Shown here: positions 17,573-26,228 of the stretch, one piece after another | How the letters are laid out: the number at the start of each line of letters is the position of its first letter | Position numbering within the stretch: the stretch's first letter is position 1 | NCBI GenBank assembly: GCA_028282585.1 | Contig: JANQHR010000172.1 | Location: 1 to 64,000, forward strand | DNA length: 64,000 nt | Origin: Bacteroidales bacterium | GTDB taxonomy: Bacteria; Bacteroidota; Bacteroidia; Bacteroidales; UBA12077 | Direction of reading: 5' to 3' | Position numbers and translations under genes: made by a program | Notes under the pieces: generated by a model | Seen by the model: the letters and a program-made list of their open reading frames with translations, nothing else | What the model was told of the DNA's origin: nothing | The model's database searches: none

Positions 17573-17938
17573 TTAGTTTTCCAAGTCTACTTTTAACACG
17601 TCTTTAATTGCTTTTTGGAATGAATCTTTTGGTAAAGCACCTTGAGCCATTTGTGGTTGCCCATCCATAGGAACAAATAAAAGTGACGGTATACTTCTGA
17701 TTCCAAACATTCCAGCTAATTCTTGTTGGTCTTCGGTATCAACTTTGTATATATCAACTTTACCCTCGTATTCTTTTGATAATTCTTCTAAAATTGGGGC
17801 CACTGTTTTACATGGTCCACACCAATCAGCGTAAAAATCTATTAAACAAGGTTTGTCCCCTTCGAATTTCCAGTCTTTATTCTCCTCCCAGTTAAAAACC
17901 TTTTCCTTGAATGTCTCTTTTGTTAAATGTTCTAGCAT
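17573..17938 (-). CDS. trxA: Thioredoxin
   Basis: DFYADWCGPC active site; IRSIPSL cis-Pro loop. Confidence 0.93.
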   Translation of the reverse strand: MLEHLTKETFKEKVFNWEENKDWKFEGDKPCLIDFYADWCGPCKTVAPILEELSKEYEGKVDIYKVDTEDQQELAGMFGIRSIPSLLFVPMDGQPQMAQGALPKDSFQKAIKDVLKVDLEN

Positions 17939-18012
17939 TTTATTTTTGTTTATTTGTGATTATTTATAATTAACTTTCCAAAATATCAATATATGAATTT
18001 ATTTATATATTA

Positions 18013-18027
18013 TCAAACAATATTCCA
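18013..18027 (-). promoter_or_regulatory. Possible sigma54 -24/-12 promoter of trxA
   Basis: Minus strand TGGAATATTGTTTGA (GG-N10-GA). Confidence 0.4.
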
Positions 18028-18112
18028 AACACTAAAAAGCTCTTATTAGTTCAGATTAAAATCAAATAATTGTAATTTTGTCATGAATTTCAATAAATTG
18101 TCATATCTATAT

Positions 18113-19525
18113 ATGAAGAAGTGTCTTAATGATAGAGTTTTTGATATTATATCGCAGGTAGGCGAATCGGAAAATACACCTGTTTATGTGATTGGAGGGT
18201 TTGTGCGTGATGTTTTATTAAATCGCCCATCAAAAGACATTGATATTGTTGCAGTTGGGAGCGGAATTGAAATTGCTGAAAAAGTAGCACGAAAGCTAGG
18301 TTCTAATGTAAAGGTAAGTGTATTCAGAAATTTTGGAACAGCAATGATTCGGTATGGAGATTATGAAATTGAGTTTGTTGGAGCAAGGAAAGAATCATAT
18401 AGAGAGGATTCCAGAAAACCAATCGTAGAGGACGGTACTTTGGAAGATGATCAGAAAAGGAGAGATTTTACGATAAATGCTCTGGCATTTTCATTAAATA
18501 AAAAAGATTTTGGAGCATTACTAGATCCATTTAATGGAGAAAATGATTTAAAAGATAAGATTATTAGAACTCCACTTGAGCCAGACCAAACTTTTTCAGA
18601 TGATCCATTAAGGATGTTCCGTGCTATAAGGTTTTCATCGCAACTAAACTTTAAAATTGAAGATAAAACGTATCAATCTATTTCTGAGAGTAAGAATCGA
18701 ACTAAAATTCTCTCTAAAGAACGAATTGTTGATGAGTTCAATAAAATTCTCTTGTCTACAAAACCTTCAGTTGGGATAAAAGCTTTAGAAAATACAGGTT
18801 TGTTAAAAGAGTTTTTTCCTGAGTTGCAGAACTTAAAAGGAGTGGAAGCAAAAGATGGTAAAATGCATAAAGATAATTTTTACCATACTGTAGAAGTGGT
18901 TGATAATGTTCGAAAAAAATCAGATGATCTATGGTTGATATGGGCTGCATTGTTACATGATATCGCAAAGCCAAAAACAAAAAAATATATTAAGGATACA
19001 GGATGGACATTTCATGGACATGAATTTCTTGGAAGTAAAATGATTCCTTCAATCTTCAAAAGGTTAAAGCTTCCTTTAAATGAAAAAATGAAATATGTAC
19101 AGAAGCTAGTTCAGTTGCATTTACGTCCAATAGTTTTATCTCAAGATATTGTGACAGATTCGGCTGTTCGCAGGTTATTATTTGATGCAGGAGATGATAT
19201 TGACGATTTAATGATTCTTTGCGAAGCAGATATTACTTCTAAAAACGAATATACGATACAAAAACATCTGAATAATTTTAGAATTGTTCGTGAAAAACTT
19301 GTTGAAATAGAAGAAAAAGATGCTTTAAGAAATTTCCAGCCTCCAATATCCGGAGAGTTAATAATAAAAACGTTTGGTTTGGATCCATGTAAAACTGTTG
19401 GAGACATAAAGAATGCTATTAAAGAAGCCATCCTGGAAGGAGAAATCAGAAACAATTACCAGGAAGCTTATGAATTTATGATCAAGAAAGGAGAAGAGAT
19501 GGGATTAAGCCCAAGGAAATTGTGA
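18113..19525 (+). CDS. CCA tRNA nucleotidyltransferase / poly(A) polymerase family with an HD domain (likely start 18113)
   Basis: GGFVRD..DIDI, RRDFTINA, DDPLRMFRA and LLHDIAK motifs; TAATTTTG promoter at 18073-18080 favours the second ATG. Confidence 0.92.
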   Translation: MKKCLNDRVFDIISQVGESENTPVYVIGGFVRDVLLNRPSKDIDIVAVGSGIEIAEKVARKLGSNVKVSVFRNFGTAMIRYGDYEIEFVGARKESYREDSRKPIVEDGTLEDDQKRRDFTINALAFSLNKKDFGALLDPFNGENDLKDKIIRTPLEPDQTFSDDPLRMFRAIRFSSQLNFKIEDKTYQSISESKNRTKILSKERIVDEFNKILLSTKPSVGIKALENTGLLKEFFPELQNLKGVEAKDGKMHKDNFYHTVEVVDNVRKKSDDLWLIWAALLHDIAKPKTKKYIKDTGWTFHGHEFLGSKMIPSIFKRLKLPLNEKMKYVQKLVQLHLRPIVLSQDIVTDSAVRRLLFDAGDDIDDLMILCEADITSKNEYTIQKHLNNFRIVREKLVEIEEKDALRNFQPPISGELIIKTFGLDPCKTVGDIKNAIKEAILEGEIRNNYQEAYEFMIKKGEEMGLSPRKL

Positions 19526-19601
19526 AATTGCGAATTCTAATTTGAATAGAGATCTTTGATTTGAAATTATTTACCTTATACTATGATACTTAATTGTAGT
19601 T

Positions 19602-20630
19602 CTATTCATTAAAATTAAGAATTAAGTAAGTTGGCAAATGATCGCTAAATCCTCCGTTATATCTATATCCAATGAATGTTCGAAAAGGTTTATAGCCAAA
19701 ATGCCCTTCATCAGGTTCGAGTAAAAAATCGGCATTAAAAATATAAGTATCATTTACAGAGGTCTGGATTTTATTTTCACGTTTTAGAAGGTTTCCTGAA
19801 ACAATAAACTGATCCAAAACACCCCATTCACCTTGGTACTTGTATGTTCCAATATTTTTAGTTTTGGATAATTGTGCCGATAAATTATATAATTGATTTT
19901 CTATGATGTTGTCATTTTCCAGGGATGCATTTAATATTTTTTTCATGCTTTTGTTATCTGGAAAATCATTAAAATCGCCCGTAATAATAATATTTGATGC
20001 CTGATTTGATTTAAATATGGAATCTACTTTAGATCTTAGAACAGAAGCAACAAATATGCGACTTCCTTCAGATTCAAGTTGACCTCCCGAACGCGATGGC
20101 CAGTGATTTACAAATATGTGTAACGTATCAATTTTATTGGCAATTCCTTTTACATATAAAATATCACGTGTTTTACGTTCAGAGTCATTAGGAAAGTTTA
20201 TTGGAATGAATTCTGAATTTGAAGGTTTGAAAAATTCTTTTCTGTAAAGTAAGCCTACATCAATTCCTCTTTTGTCTGGCGAATCTTGGTGTATAATTTG
20301 ATATTCGAATTTAACCAATGGAGTATTATTAACTAAATCTTGTAAAACTTTTCTATTTTCAATTTCGCATAGGCCAATAATTACTGGTGGATTCCATTCG
20401 CCAACTGCCATGATAACTTTGTAAGTTTTATTTAATTTATTATAGTACTTGCTTTTATTCCAAAAACGGTCACCTTCAGGTAAGAATTCTTCATCATTTT
20501 TAAGGGTGTCATTATAAAAATCAAATAGATTCTCTACATTATAAAAAAGCACCTTGTAATTATCATTTGATTGTGAGAAAATAGGATTTGAGGTTAGGCT
20601 AATTACCAAAAAGAGTAATAGTCTTTTCAT
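19602..20630 (-). CDS. Secreted endonuclease/exonuclease/phosphatase family protein (likely start 20630)
   Basis: FYNVENLFD, GLCEIEN, NHWPSR, GDFND and SDHLP motifs; signal peptide. Confidence 0.9.
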   Translation of the reverse strand: MKRLLLFLVISLTSNPIFSQSNDNYKVLFYNVENLFDFYNDTLKNDEEFLPEGDRFWNKSKYYNKLNKTYKVIMAVGEWNPPVIIGLCEIENRKVLQDLVNNTPLVKFEYQIIHQDSPDKRGIDVGLLYRKEFFKPSNSEFIPINFPNDSERKTRDILYVKGIANKIDTLHIFVNHWPSRSGGQLESEGSRIFVASVLRSKVDSIFKSNQASNIIITGDFNDFPDNKSMKKILNASLENDNIIENQLYNLSAQLSKTKNIGTYKYQGEWGVLDQFIVSGNLLKRENKIQTSVNDTYIFNADFLLEPDEGHFGYKPFRTFIGYRYNGGFSDHLPTYLILNFNE

Positions 20631-20634
20631 AAAT

Positions 20635-22044
20635 CTACTTGTTTTCAATTCGTTCAAATGCGCCTAAATCCGGAGCACCGTCTAAAGTTCTGTTCTGCAA
20701 ATTTAAATCAAAAGGGAACTGGATACCATATTCAATTTTGCCTTTATCTTTTGCAATTGAAAGAGTATCTAATTCAAAATTATTATTGAAGGGGTCAATA
20801 AAATTAGGACTCTCATGAGAGATTATGTTTACAAAATTTAAAGGATTAGATGTTGAAAATTCTTCATTTACTTTAATTAAAGTATGATCAAATTTAAAAT
20901 CTAATGTTCCATTTTCATGTCTGTCTATATATACCTCTGATTCCTTATTTCCATAAACAATACAATTTCCAAATATGGCCTTGTTAATATCTCTAATTTG
21001 AGTATCTCCATTTATGTCAATATAATAATTGGTTAGTAAAAGCGAAGGAGTTGTTCTGGTTGAATAACTCCAGTAATTCCCTATGGTACAGTGATAAAAC
21101 TCATATGATCCTCCAATAGTTAATGCAACTGCATACTGCCCGCAATTTGCAATTAAGTTGTTATATGCTTCAATAGTTGTTCCCTGAGCATAAATTCCTG
21201 CTGAAGTCATATTTTCAATCTTACTATTTGATAGTAATAGCGTAGGTTTGGAAGTATTAGCTAATGTATCAACCTGTATACCAATAATTGCATTTTTAAT
21301 CTCAGTAAAATCAAATATATTATCCTTACTACCGGCCATTAACCATATTCCATCCCATTGTCCGGGAATGTTTTCATAATCATTCTCTAATCTATCTCCT
21401 TGAAAAGTTATAGGAGATTCAAAAGTTCCATTAGCTATAATTGTTCCGGCAACATAAAGTCTTGATCCATTGTGAAAGTAAAGTTTAGTTCCAGCTTCAA
21501 TTGTAAGAGTATGTAACGAATCAACCAACATAGAGTTGTAAATGAGGTAGGGTCTTGAACTATTCCATGTTTCCGTTTCTACTATTTCTCCATTTATTAA
21601 ATTTACGTCTTGCCCATATGATATTAGTTTTATGTCCTGCTGTTTATTATTAAGTTGAAATACAATCGAATCTTTTACAACCATCGGAAGGTCTTTGTTT
21701 AATGGATCTATGGTGACTTCAACGAAAATGTACAAGCTGTCCTTTTTTCGTAAATCTATATCATTTAATCTGGTTCCGGAAAAACCATCAATGTTTAATC
21801 GGTAAGGAGAATCTTTACTCCCTGCAAGAAAAATTGATGAAATTTTAAGATTTTTATTGTAAGGGTTTTTAACAGTAAATCGTTGAGTGGATGACCCAAT
21901 TGTTGTAAAAACTGTGTCAAATAATACCGTATCACGTGAGAAAACTAAATTAGCATCAATAGAAGTGTTAAATTCTTCTTTTTCGCAGGATATTATAAAT
22001 GTAACTAGTACGCTAAAGATTAGATAAAATAAGTGTTTTGGCAT
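20635..22044 (-). CDS. Lipoprotein with an Ig-like N-domain and a right-handed beta-helix
   Basis: Lipobox IISC; DTVLFDTVFTT; GQWDGIWL; beta-helix repeats; PDLGAFE tail. Confidence 0.75.
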   Translation of the reverse strand: MPKHLFYLIFSVLVTFIISCEKEEFNTSIDANLVFSRDTVLFDTVFTTIGSSTQRFTVKNPYNKNLKISSIFLAGSKDSPYRLNIDGFSGTRLNDIDLRKKDSLYIFVEVTIDPLNKDLPMVVKDSIVFQLNNKQQDIKLISYGQDVNLINGEIVETETWNSSRPYLIYNSMLVDSLHTLTIEAGTKLYFHNGSRLYVAGTIIANGTFESPITFQGDRLENDYENIPGQWDGIWLMAGSKDNIFDFTEIKNAIIGIQVDTLANTSKPTLLLSNSKIENMTSAGIYAQGTTIEAYNNLIANCGQYAVALTIGGSYEFYHCTIGNYWSYSTRTTPSLLLTNYYIDINGDTQIRDINKAIFGNCIVYGNKESEVYIDRHENGTLDFKFDHTLIKVNEEFSTSNPLNFVNIISHESPNFIDPFNNNFELDTLSIAKDKGKIEYGIQFPFDLNLQNRTLDGAPDLGAFERIENK

Positions 22045-22224
22045 TATATAAAAGTGTGTTTTAAAGTGCTAATTAACATAAAATAAACGATATAATCTAT
22101 GTTAAATTTTAATTAAACTGTTTTTTTTATTAAAATTGAAGGAGTTTTATATTTAATTTTGAAGGTAAGATTTAAATAATTGATTACATTTGTTATTAAC
22201 TAGATTTAATATTCCCTTTTTAGC

Positions 22225-22725
22225 ATGCAAGTAGAAAAAGCAAATGTTGGCAATGTTTTAGAAGTAATGTATCTATTACAGCATTGTATCGAAGATTTCA
22301 ATAAAAATAGTGTTTATCAGTGGAATCAATCGTATCCTGATTATTTTAGATTGCTTAAAGAGGTAGAAAATGAAACGTTATATATAATAAAAACTAAGGG
22401 AGTATGCATTGGAACAATATCTTTTGATGAACAGCAAGAGTCTGTATTTGATAATGTAGAATGGAAGAATACGACAGATAAATTTATTATGATTCATCGA
22501 ATTGCAGTATTTCCTTCATGGCAAAAAAAAGGGATTGGTAGAATGTTAATTGAATTCGCCGAAGAGTTTGCAAAAGAAAATGGTTATAAGTCAATTAGAA
22601 TAGATGTGGCGAGCTCAAGCGAACATGTAATTAATTTATATAAGAGTAAAGGTTATGATCTGACAGGAGAAATATTATATCCAAAACAAAAAGAAACTTT
22701 TAAATGTCTTGAGAAAGTAATCTAA
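22225..22725 (+). CDS. GNAT N-acetyltransferase
   Basis: IHRIAV..WQKKGIG acetyl-CoA motif; LYKSKGY. Confidence 0.9.
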   Translation: MQVEKANVGNVLEVMYLLQHCIEDFNKNSVYQWNQSYPDYFRLLKEVENETLYIIKTKGVCIGTISFDEQQESVFDNVEWKNTTDKFIMIHRIAVFPSWQKKGIGRMLIEFAEEFAKENGYKSIRIDVASSSEHVINLYKSKGYDLTGEILYPKQKETFKCLEKVI

Positions 22726-22745
22726 TAAGATAATTGCGGTTAGAT

Positions 22746-22770
22746 AAGGGACTTTTTAAGTCCCTTTTTT
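22746..22770 (+). terminator. GNAT terminator
   Basis: AAGGGACTT-TTT-AAGTCCCTT plus a T-run. Confidence 0.75.
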
Positions 22771-22775
22771 GTAAA

Positions 22776-22800
22776 TAAAAAGTCCGGGTTAACCCGGACC
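22776..22800 (-). terminator. tolC terminator, about 100 nt after the stop codon
   Basis: GTCCGGG-TTAA-CCCGGAC with an A-run on the left. Confidence 0.75.
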
Positions 22801-22902
22801 TAAAGGTAAAGCAAATAAAAACCAACTATTAATCCTAAACTATAATAAATCAATGAATACTTTAATAACCTCTAAAATATTTACCATGAAAAATGATTTT
22901 GC

Positions 22903-24330
22903 TTATAGTATAATTTGCTCTCCTTTATAAAAATCTAATATTTTAGTTCTAAATATATATTCATATTTAGCTTGAGATAAATCTGATTTAGTCCTATTTA
23001 AATTATTTTTTGCTGTTTTATATTCTAATATATCAACCAATCCTACCTGATATTTTTGTTCGGTATATCTAAATGCTTCTTCCATAGATTCAACTGCTTC
23101 CAGATTAGCCTTATAATTATCTAAAGCTGCAATAGCTTGCGTTCTTGCTTGTTGAATATTTTTATATAAATTCTGCTTTTGTAAATCCAAATTCAATTTT
23201 GAATCTAATACATTAATTTTTGACTGGCTTATTGCATTTCCTGTTTGCCAATTATTAAATATAGGAATTCGAACTCCGACATACACGTAATGACTAGCAT
23301 TATCATTGATCTGATCCATGTAAGGATAAGAATCAGAGTAAATATTAAAAAAATTGTAGTTATAAATATTTTCACCACTTTCTGTAACTCCCGAAGGTTC
23401 AGTTGAAAGCGTACTTTCCAACCCAACAGCCCTGTTTGAAAGTTCATTATATCTTGAACTATATTGATATCCTAATGCAATAGAAGGACTAATTGCTCCT
23501 TTTGCAATTAATAAACCTTTTTCGCTGCTTTTAACATTATATTCAGCACTTTTAATTTCAGGAAGAAACCCCAAAGCTTCATTGTATACGTCTAATGCAG
23601 TTGAAATATCATCGGCAAGAGTTATATCAGGTATTTCGGGGATAAGAATATTAAAACCTTCAACTTTTTCTATATTAAGTAATTGAGCAAGGTCCAAATA
23701 AGCAATTTTTAAATTATTTTCTGCACTTGTTAGTAATGCTTTTTCCGATGCAGCCTGAGATTCAATTTGAAGTAAATCTCCTTTTGCCGAATTTCCAATC
23801 TCAACAAGCTTTTTAGTTTTCTCTATTTGTTCAAGTGTTACCTCCAATTGTTCTTTTGCATTGTCCCTAAGTTCTTTATTTAATAAAATTTGTAAATAGG
23901 CGGTTGCGACATTTAGTGTAATGTCATTTTTGACCTTTTCAACATCTTCAAGTTGCGATTGTAAATCGAACTTATTCCTCTTAATTGTATTATAGTTTTG
24001 CAATCCATTAAATAGCGTTACTTCAGATGTAAGATTAAGGCTTCCACCTTGAAATGCATCTTCAACATAAGTATATGTTTCCTGGTTTAATGTTTTACCG
24101 GAATTGTAGTAGTGCTGTCCTGATGAATTCAATGTAGGAAGTAATTCCATTTTAGATTGAAAATATCTTCGTTCCGCAGATTCTGCAGATAATTCCTGTC
24201 TTTTAACGGTTATATTATTTTCAATAGCATGATTAATACAATCTTCAAGTGTCCAAGGTTCTTGGGCAAAAGATGACATTGCAAAGGTTAATGTAAGAGT
24301 TGTTAGTACCAGTAATCTAAAAAATTTCAT
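22903..24330 (-). CDS. TolC-family outer-membrane efflux protein (likely start 24330, MKFFR)
   Basis: Signal peptide; WTLEDCINHAIENN; two OEP repeats; the longer ORF start lies inside the sigma54 promoter. Confidence 0.9.
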   Translation of the reverse strand: MKFFRLLVLTTLTLTFAMSSFAQEPWTLEDCINHAIENNITVKRQELSAESAERRYFQSKMELLPTLNSSGQHYYNSGKTLNQETYTYVEDAFQGGSLNLTSEVTLFNGLQNYNTIKRNKFDLQSQLEDVEKVKNDITLNVATAYLQILLNKELRDNAKEQLEVTLEQIEKTKKLVEIGNSAKGDLLQIESQAASEKALLTSAENNLKIAYLDLAQLLNIEKVEGFNILIPEIPDITLADDISTALDVYNEALGFLPEIKSAEYNVKSSEKGLLIAKGAISPSIALGYQYSSRYNELSNRAVGLESTLSTEPSGVTESGENIYNYNFFNIYSDSYPYMDQINDNASHYVYVGVRIPIFNNWQTGNAISQSKINVLDSKLNLDLQKQNLYKNIQQARTQAIAALDNYKANLEAVESMEEAFRYTEQKYQVGLVDILEYKTAKNNLNRTKSDLSQAKYEYIFRTKILDFYKGEQIIL

Positions 24331-24374
24331 TTTATCAACTTTGTTAATATTCAACATAAATTCGTTTTGTGTTT

Positions 24375-24389
24375 TCATATATTGTGCCA
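24375..24389 (-). promoter_or_regulatory. Sigma54 -24/-12 promoter of tolC
   Basis: Minus strand TGGCACAATATATGA, 104 bp from the distal UAS. Confidence 0.7.
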
Positions 24390-24455
24390 TATGTTTTAAG
24401 GTATATAATATCAGGCTTTTATATTTAGTTTGAATAACGGTAAAATTTATAAAGG

Positions 24456-24493
24456 TGAACGATTATGAAACACCTTGTGTTCGAATATGAACA
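24456..24493 (-). promoter_or_regulatory. Tandem upstream activator sites (minus strand: TGTTCA-TATT-CGAACA; GTTTCA-TAAT-CGTTCA)
   Basis: Same motif and 22-bp spacing as 3125/3147. Confidence 0.7.
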
Positions 24494-24813
24494 TCCTGTT
24501 TTTTCTACTTTAAAGATTCATATTTGCGTTAATTTCAAATAAAGCTACGATAATTTATTAAATCCATACGTTAAAAAAGTCATTATATTATAAAGCAAGA
24601 ATAGATATATTTTAGCATTGTGATTAATAAGCGTATTTATGAAAAAAATATTTTATACAATTAAAGATAAGTTGGTATCAGTTCAAAGCCTTGATTTCGG
24701 TGTTTTATTACTATTTTCGATTGTAACAATCATTTTCATTATATCCTTTATTAACATTTATTTTTAACAATAGCCGATTAATATTGTTATAAGATTCAAT
24801 TTAATTGATAAAA

Positions 24814-25128
24814 ATGAATACTGTTGATTTAAGTTTAAATATAAGAAGTAGTTTAGAACCTATCACATTGGTAATATATGAAAAGATATATTCTACACCT
24901 AATGGCATAGTTCACTATTGGTCAACAAACAATAATTCAGAATATAGATTAGAAATTATAATAGATGAAGATGATTTGTCAGTTAATCCTATGAAAATTA
25001 CTAAATCGATGCAAATTGTTACCGAGGAATGGGTTATTGCAGATCAGATGATGTTGAAGTTATACGAAAAAGAAAGTTTTCAATTACACAACCAAACTAG
25101 TCATATTAACAACAACAAAACTTACTAA
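24814..25128 (+). CDS. Hypothetical protein (about 104 aa), translationally linked to the downstream trypsin-like gene
   Basis: ORF ends 2 bp before the next ATG. Confidence 0.55.
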   Translation: MNTVDLSLNIRSSLEPITLVIYEKIYSTPNGIVHYWSTNNNSEYRLEIIIDEDDLSVNPMKITKSMQIVTEEWVIADQMMLKLYEKESFQLHNQTSHINNNKTY

Positions 25129-25130
25129 TC

Positions 25131-25964
25131 ATGTACAAAACCATTTGGAAAAATTGCTTTACCTCAGTTTGCCAACTTAGTTTTTATAGTTCAGCGGGAA
25201 TCAAACTGCTCTCTATGACCGGATTTAAAGCAAATGGAAATTTTCTGATTACCGATGATTATTTATTTAAAATCTTCAAAGCTGAAAGAGTAAAGATTTC
25301 TTTTGTTAAGTCTGATGGATATACCGAGAATATTAGTATAGAAATATCTATGGACGAATTGAAGCGCAGAATTATTAAAGGTATTGATAATGAAAAGACA
25401 CCGTTTGCTGCTATAAATATTGATTTTAAAGAATTTAAAGATATTCCATCGCTTAAATTAAGTAAAAATCAAAATATAGAAATTGGTGAGAATATAGCTG
25501 TACTAGGGTATCAACTTGACAAGGAAAATTTGGCTATTAAGACGGGTATTGTTTCTTCTTCATTTATTGATAAGAATTTAAAATATCTTCAGGTTGATTC
25601 AAGTTTTAAGCAAGGAAATTCTGGTAGTCCGCTTATTTATGCAAAAACAGGAGAGGTAATTGGAATTATTGGTCATAAACTTGCTACAATAACACAATCG
25701 CATAAGCGAATGAAGCAAATTATTAATAATAATTTGACGATTCTTAAAAAGTCACAAGGTAAATTTAATGTGGAAGAAATTGATCCAATTCAAGTATTAA
25801 TTGCAAATCAGAATCAAATAAAGTATATATCAAATGAAATATATAAAACTGCAACCATGAGTAATGGTTATGCACTTGATATTTCGTATGTTCATGATCT
25901 TTTCGAAGAGTTCATCGATGCCGAAGTTTCGCAATCTTCACTGGAATTTCGAATCGATGCATAG
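25131..25964 (+). CDS. Trypsin-like (S1) serine protease homologue, catalytic His apparently replaced
   Basis: GNSGSPL Ser motif and GEVIGI; LITDDYL where LxTNxHV is expected. Confidence 0.78.
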   Translation: MYKTIWKNCFTSVCQLSFYSSAGIKLLSMTGFKANGNFLITDDYLFKIFKAERVKISFVKSDGYTENISIEISMDELKRRIIKGIDNEKTPFAAINIDFKEFKDIPSLKLSKNQNIEIGENIAVLGYQLDKENLAIKTGIVSSSFIDKNLKYLQVDSSFKQGNSGSPLIYAKTGEVIGIIGHKLATITQSHKRMKQIINNNLTILKKSQGKFNVEEIDPIQVLIANQNQIKYISNEIYKTATMSNGYALDISYVHDLFEEFIDAEVSQSSLEFRIDA

Positions 25965-25990
25965 TTCCTTAATGTAAGATGGTTTAGGTT

Positions 25991-26023
25991 AAAAGGGCCG
26001 CTCGTTCCTGAGTGGCTCTTTTT
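25991..26023. terminator. Bidirectional terminator
   Basis: AAAAGGGCCGCTC-GTTCCT-GAGTGGCTCTTTTTT. Confidence 0.7.
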
Positions 26024-26226
26024 TATTCAGTATCTATTTCGTTAAGTATTTTTTGAACCTCAGTTTCAGTTTGGTGAAGCTTCTTTTTACATATTTTAAT
26101 AAGCGAAGAAACTCGTTTTACTTTTTCAGATAAAACATCAATATCGAGTTCTTCATTTTCTATCTGATATAATATTTCTTCTATCTCATTGATTGCTTCG
26201 CTATACTTAATTTCCTTTTTTGCCAT
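26023..26226 (-). CDS. xseB: Exodeoxyribonuclease VII small subunit
   Basis: YSEAINEIEEIL..LDID.L..KVKR...LIKICKKKL pattern. Confidence 0.9.
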   Translation of the reverse strand: MAKKEIKYSEAINEIEEILYQIENEELDIDVLSEKVKRVSSLIKICKKKLHQTETEVQKILNEIDTE

Positions 26227-26228
26227 TT

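Noticed and set aside
24331-24390. N-terminal extension of TolC in the ORF track
   Set aside because: The start overlaps the sigma54 box; the signal peptide begins at 24330
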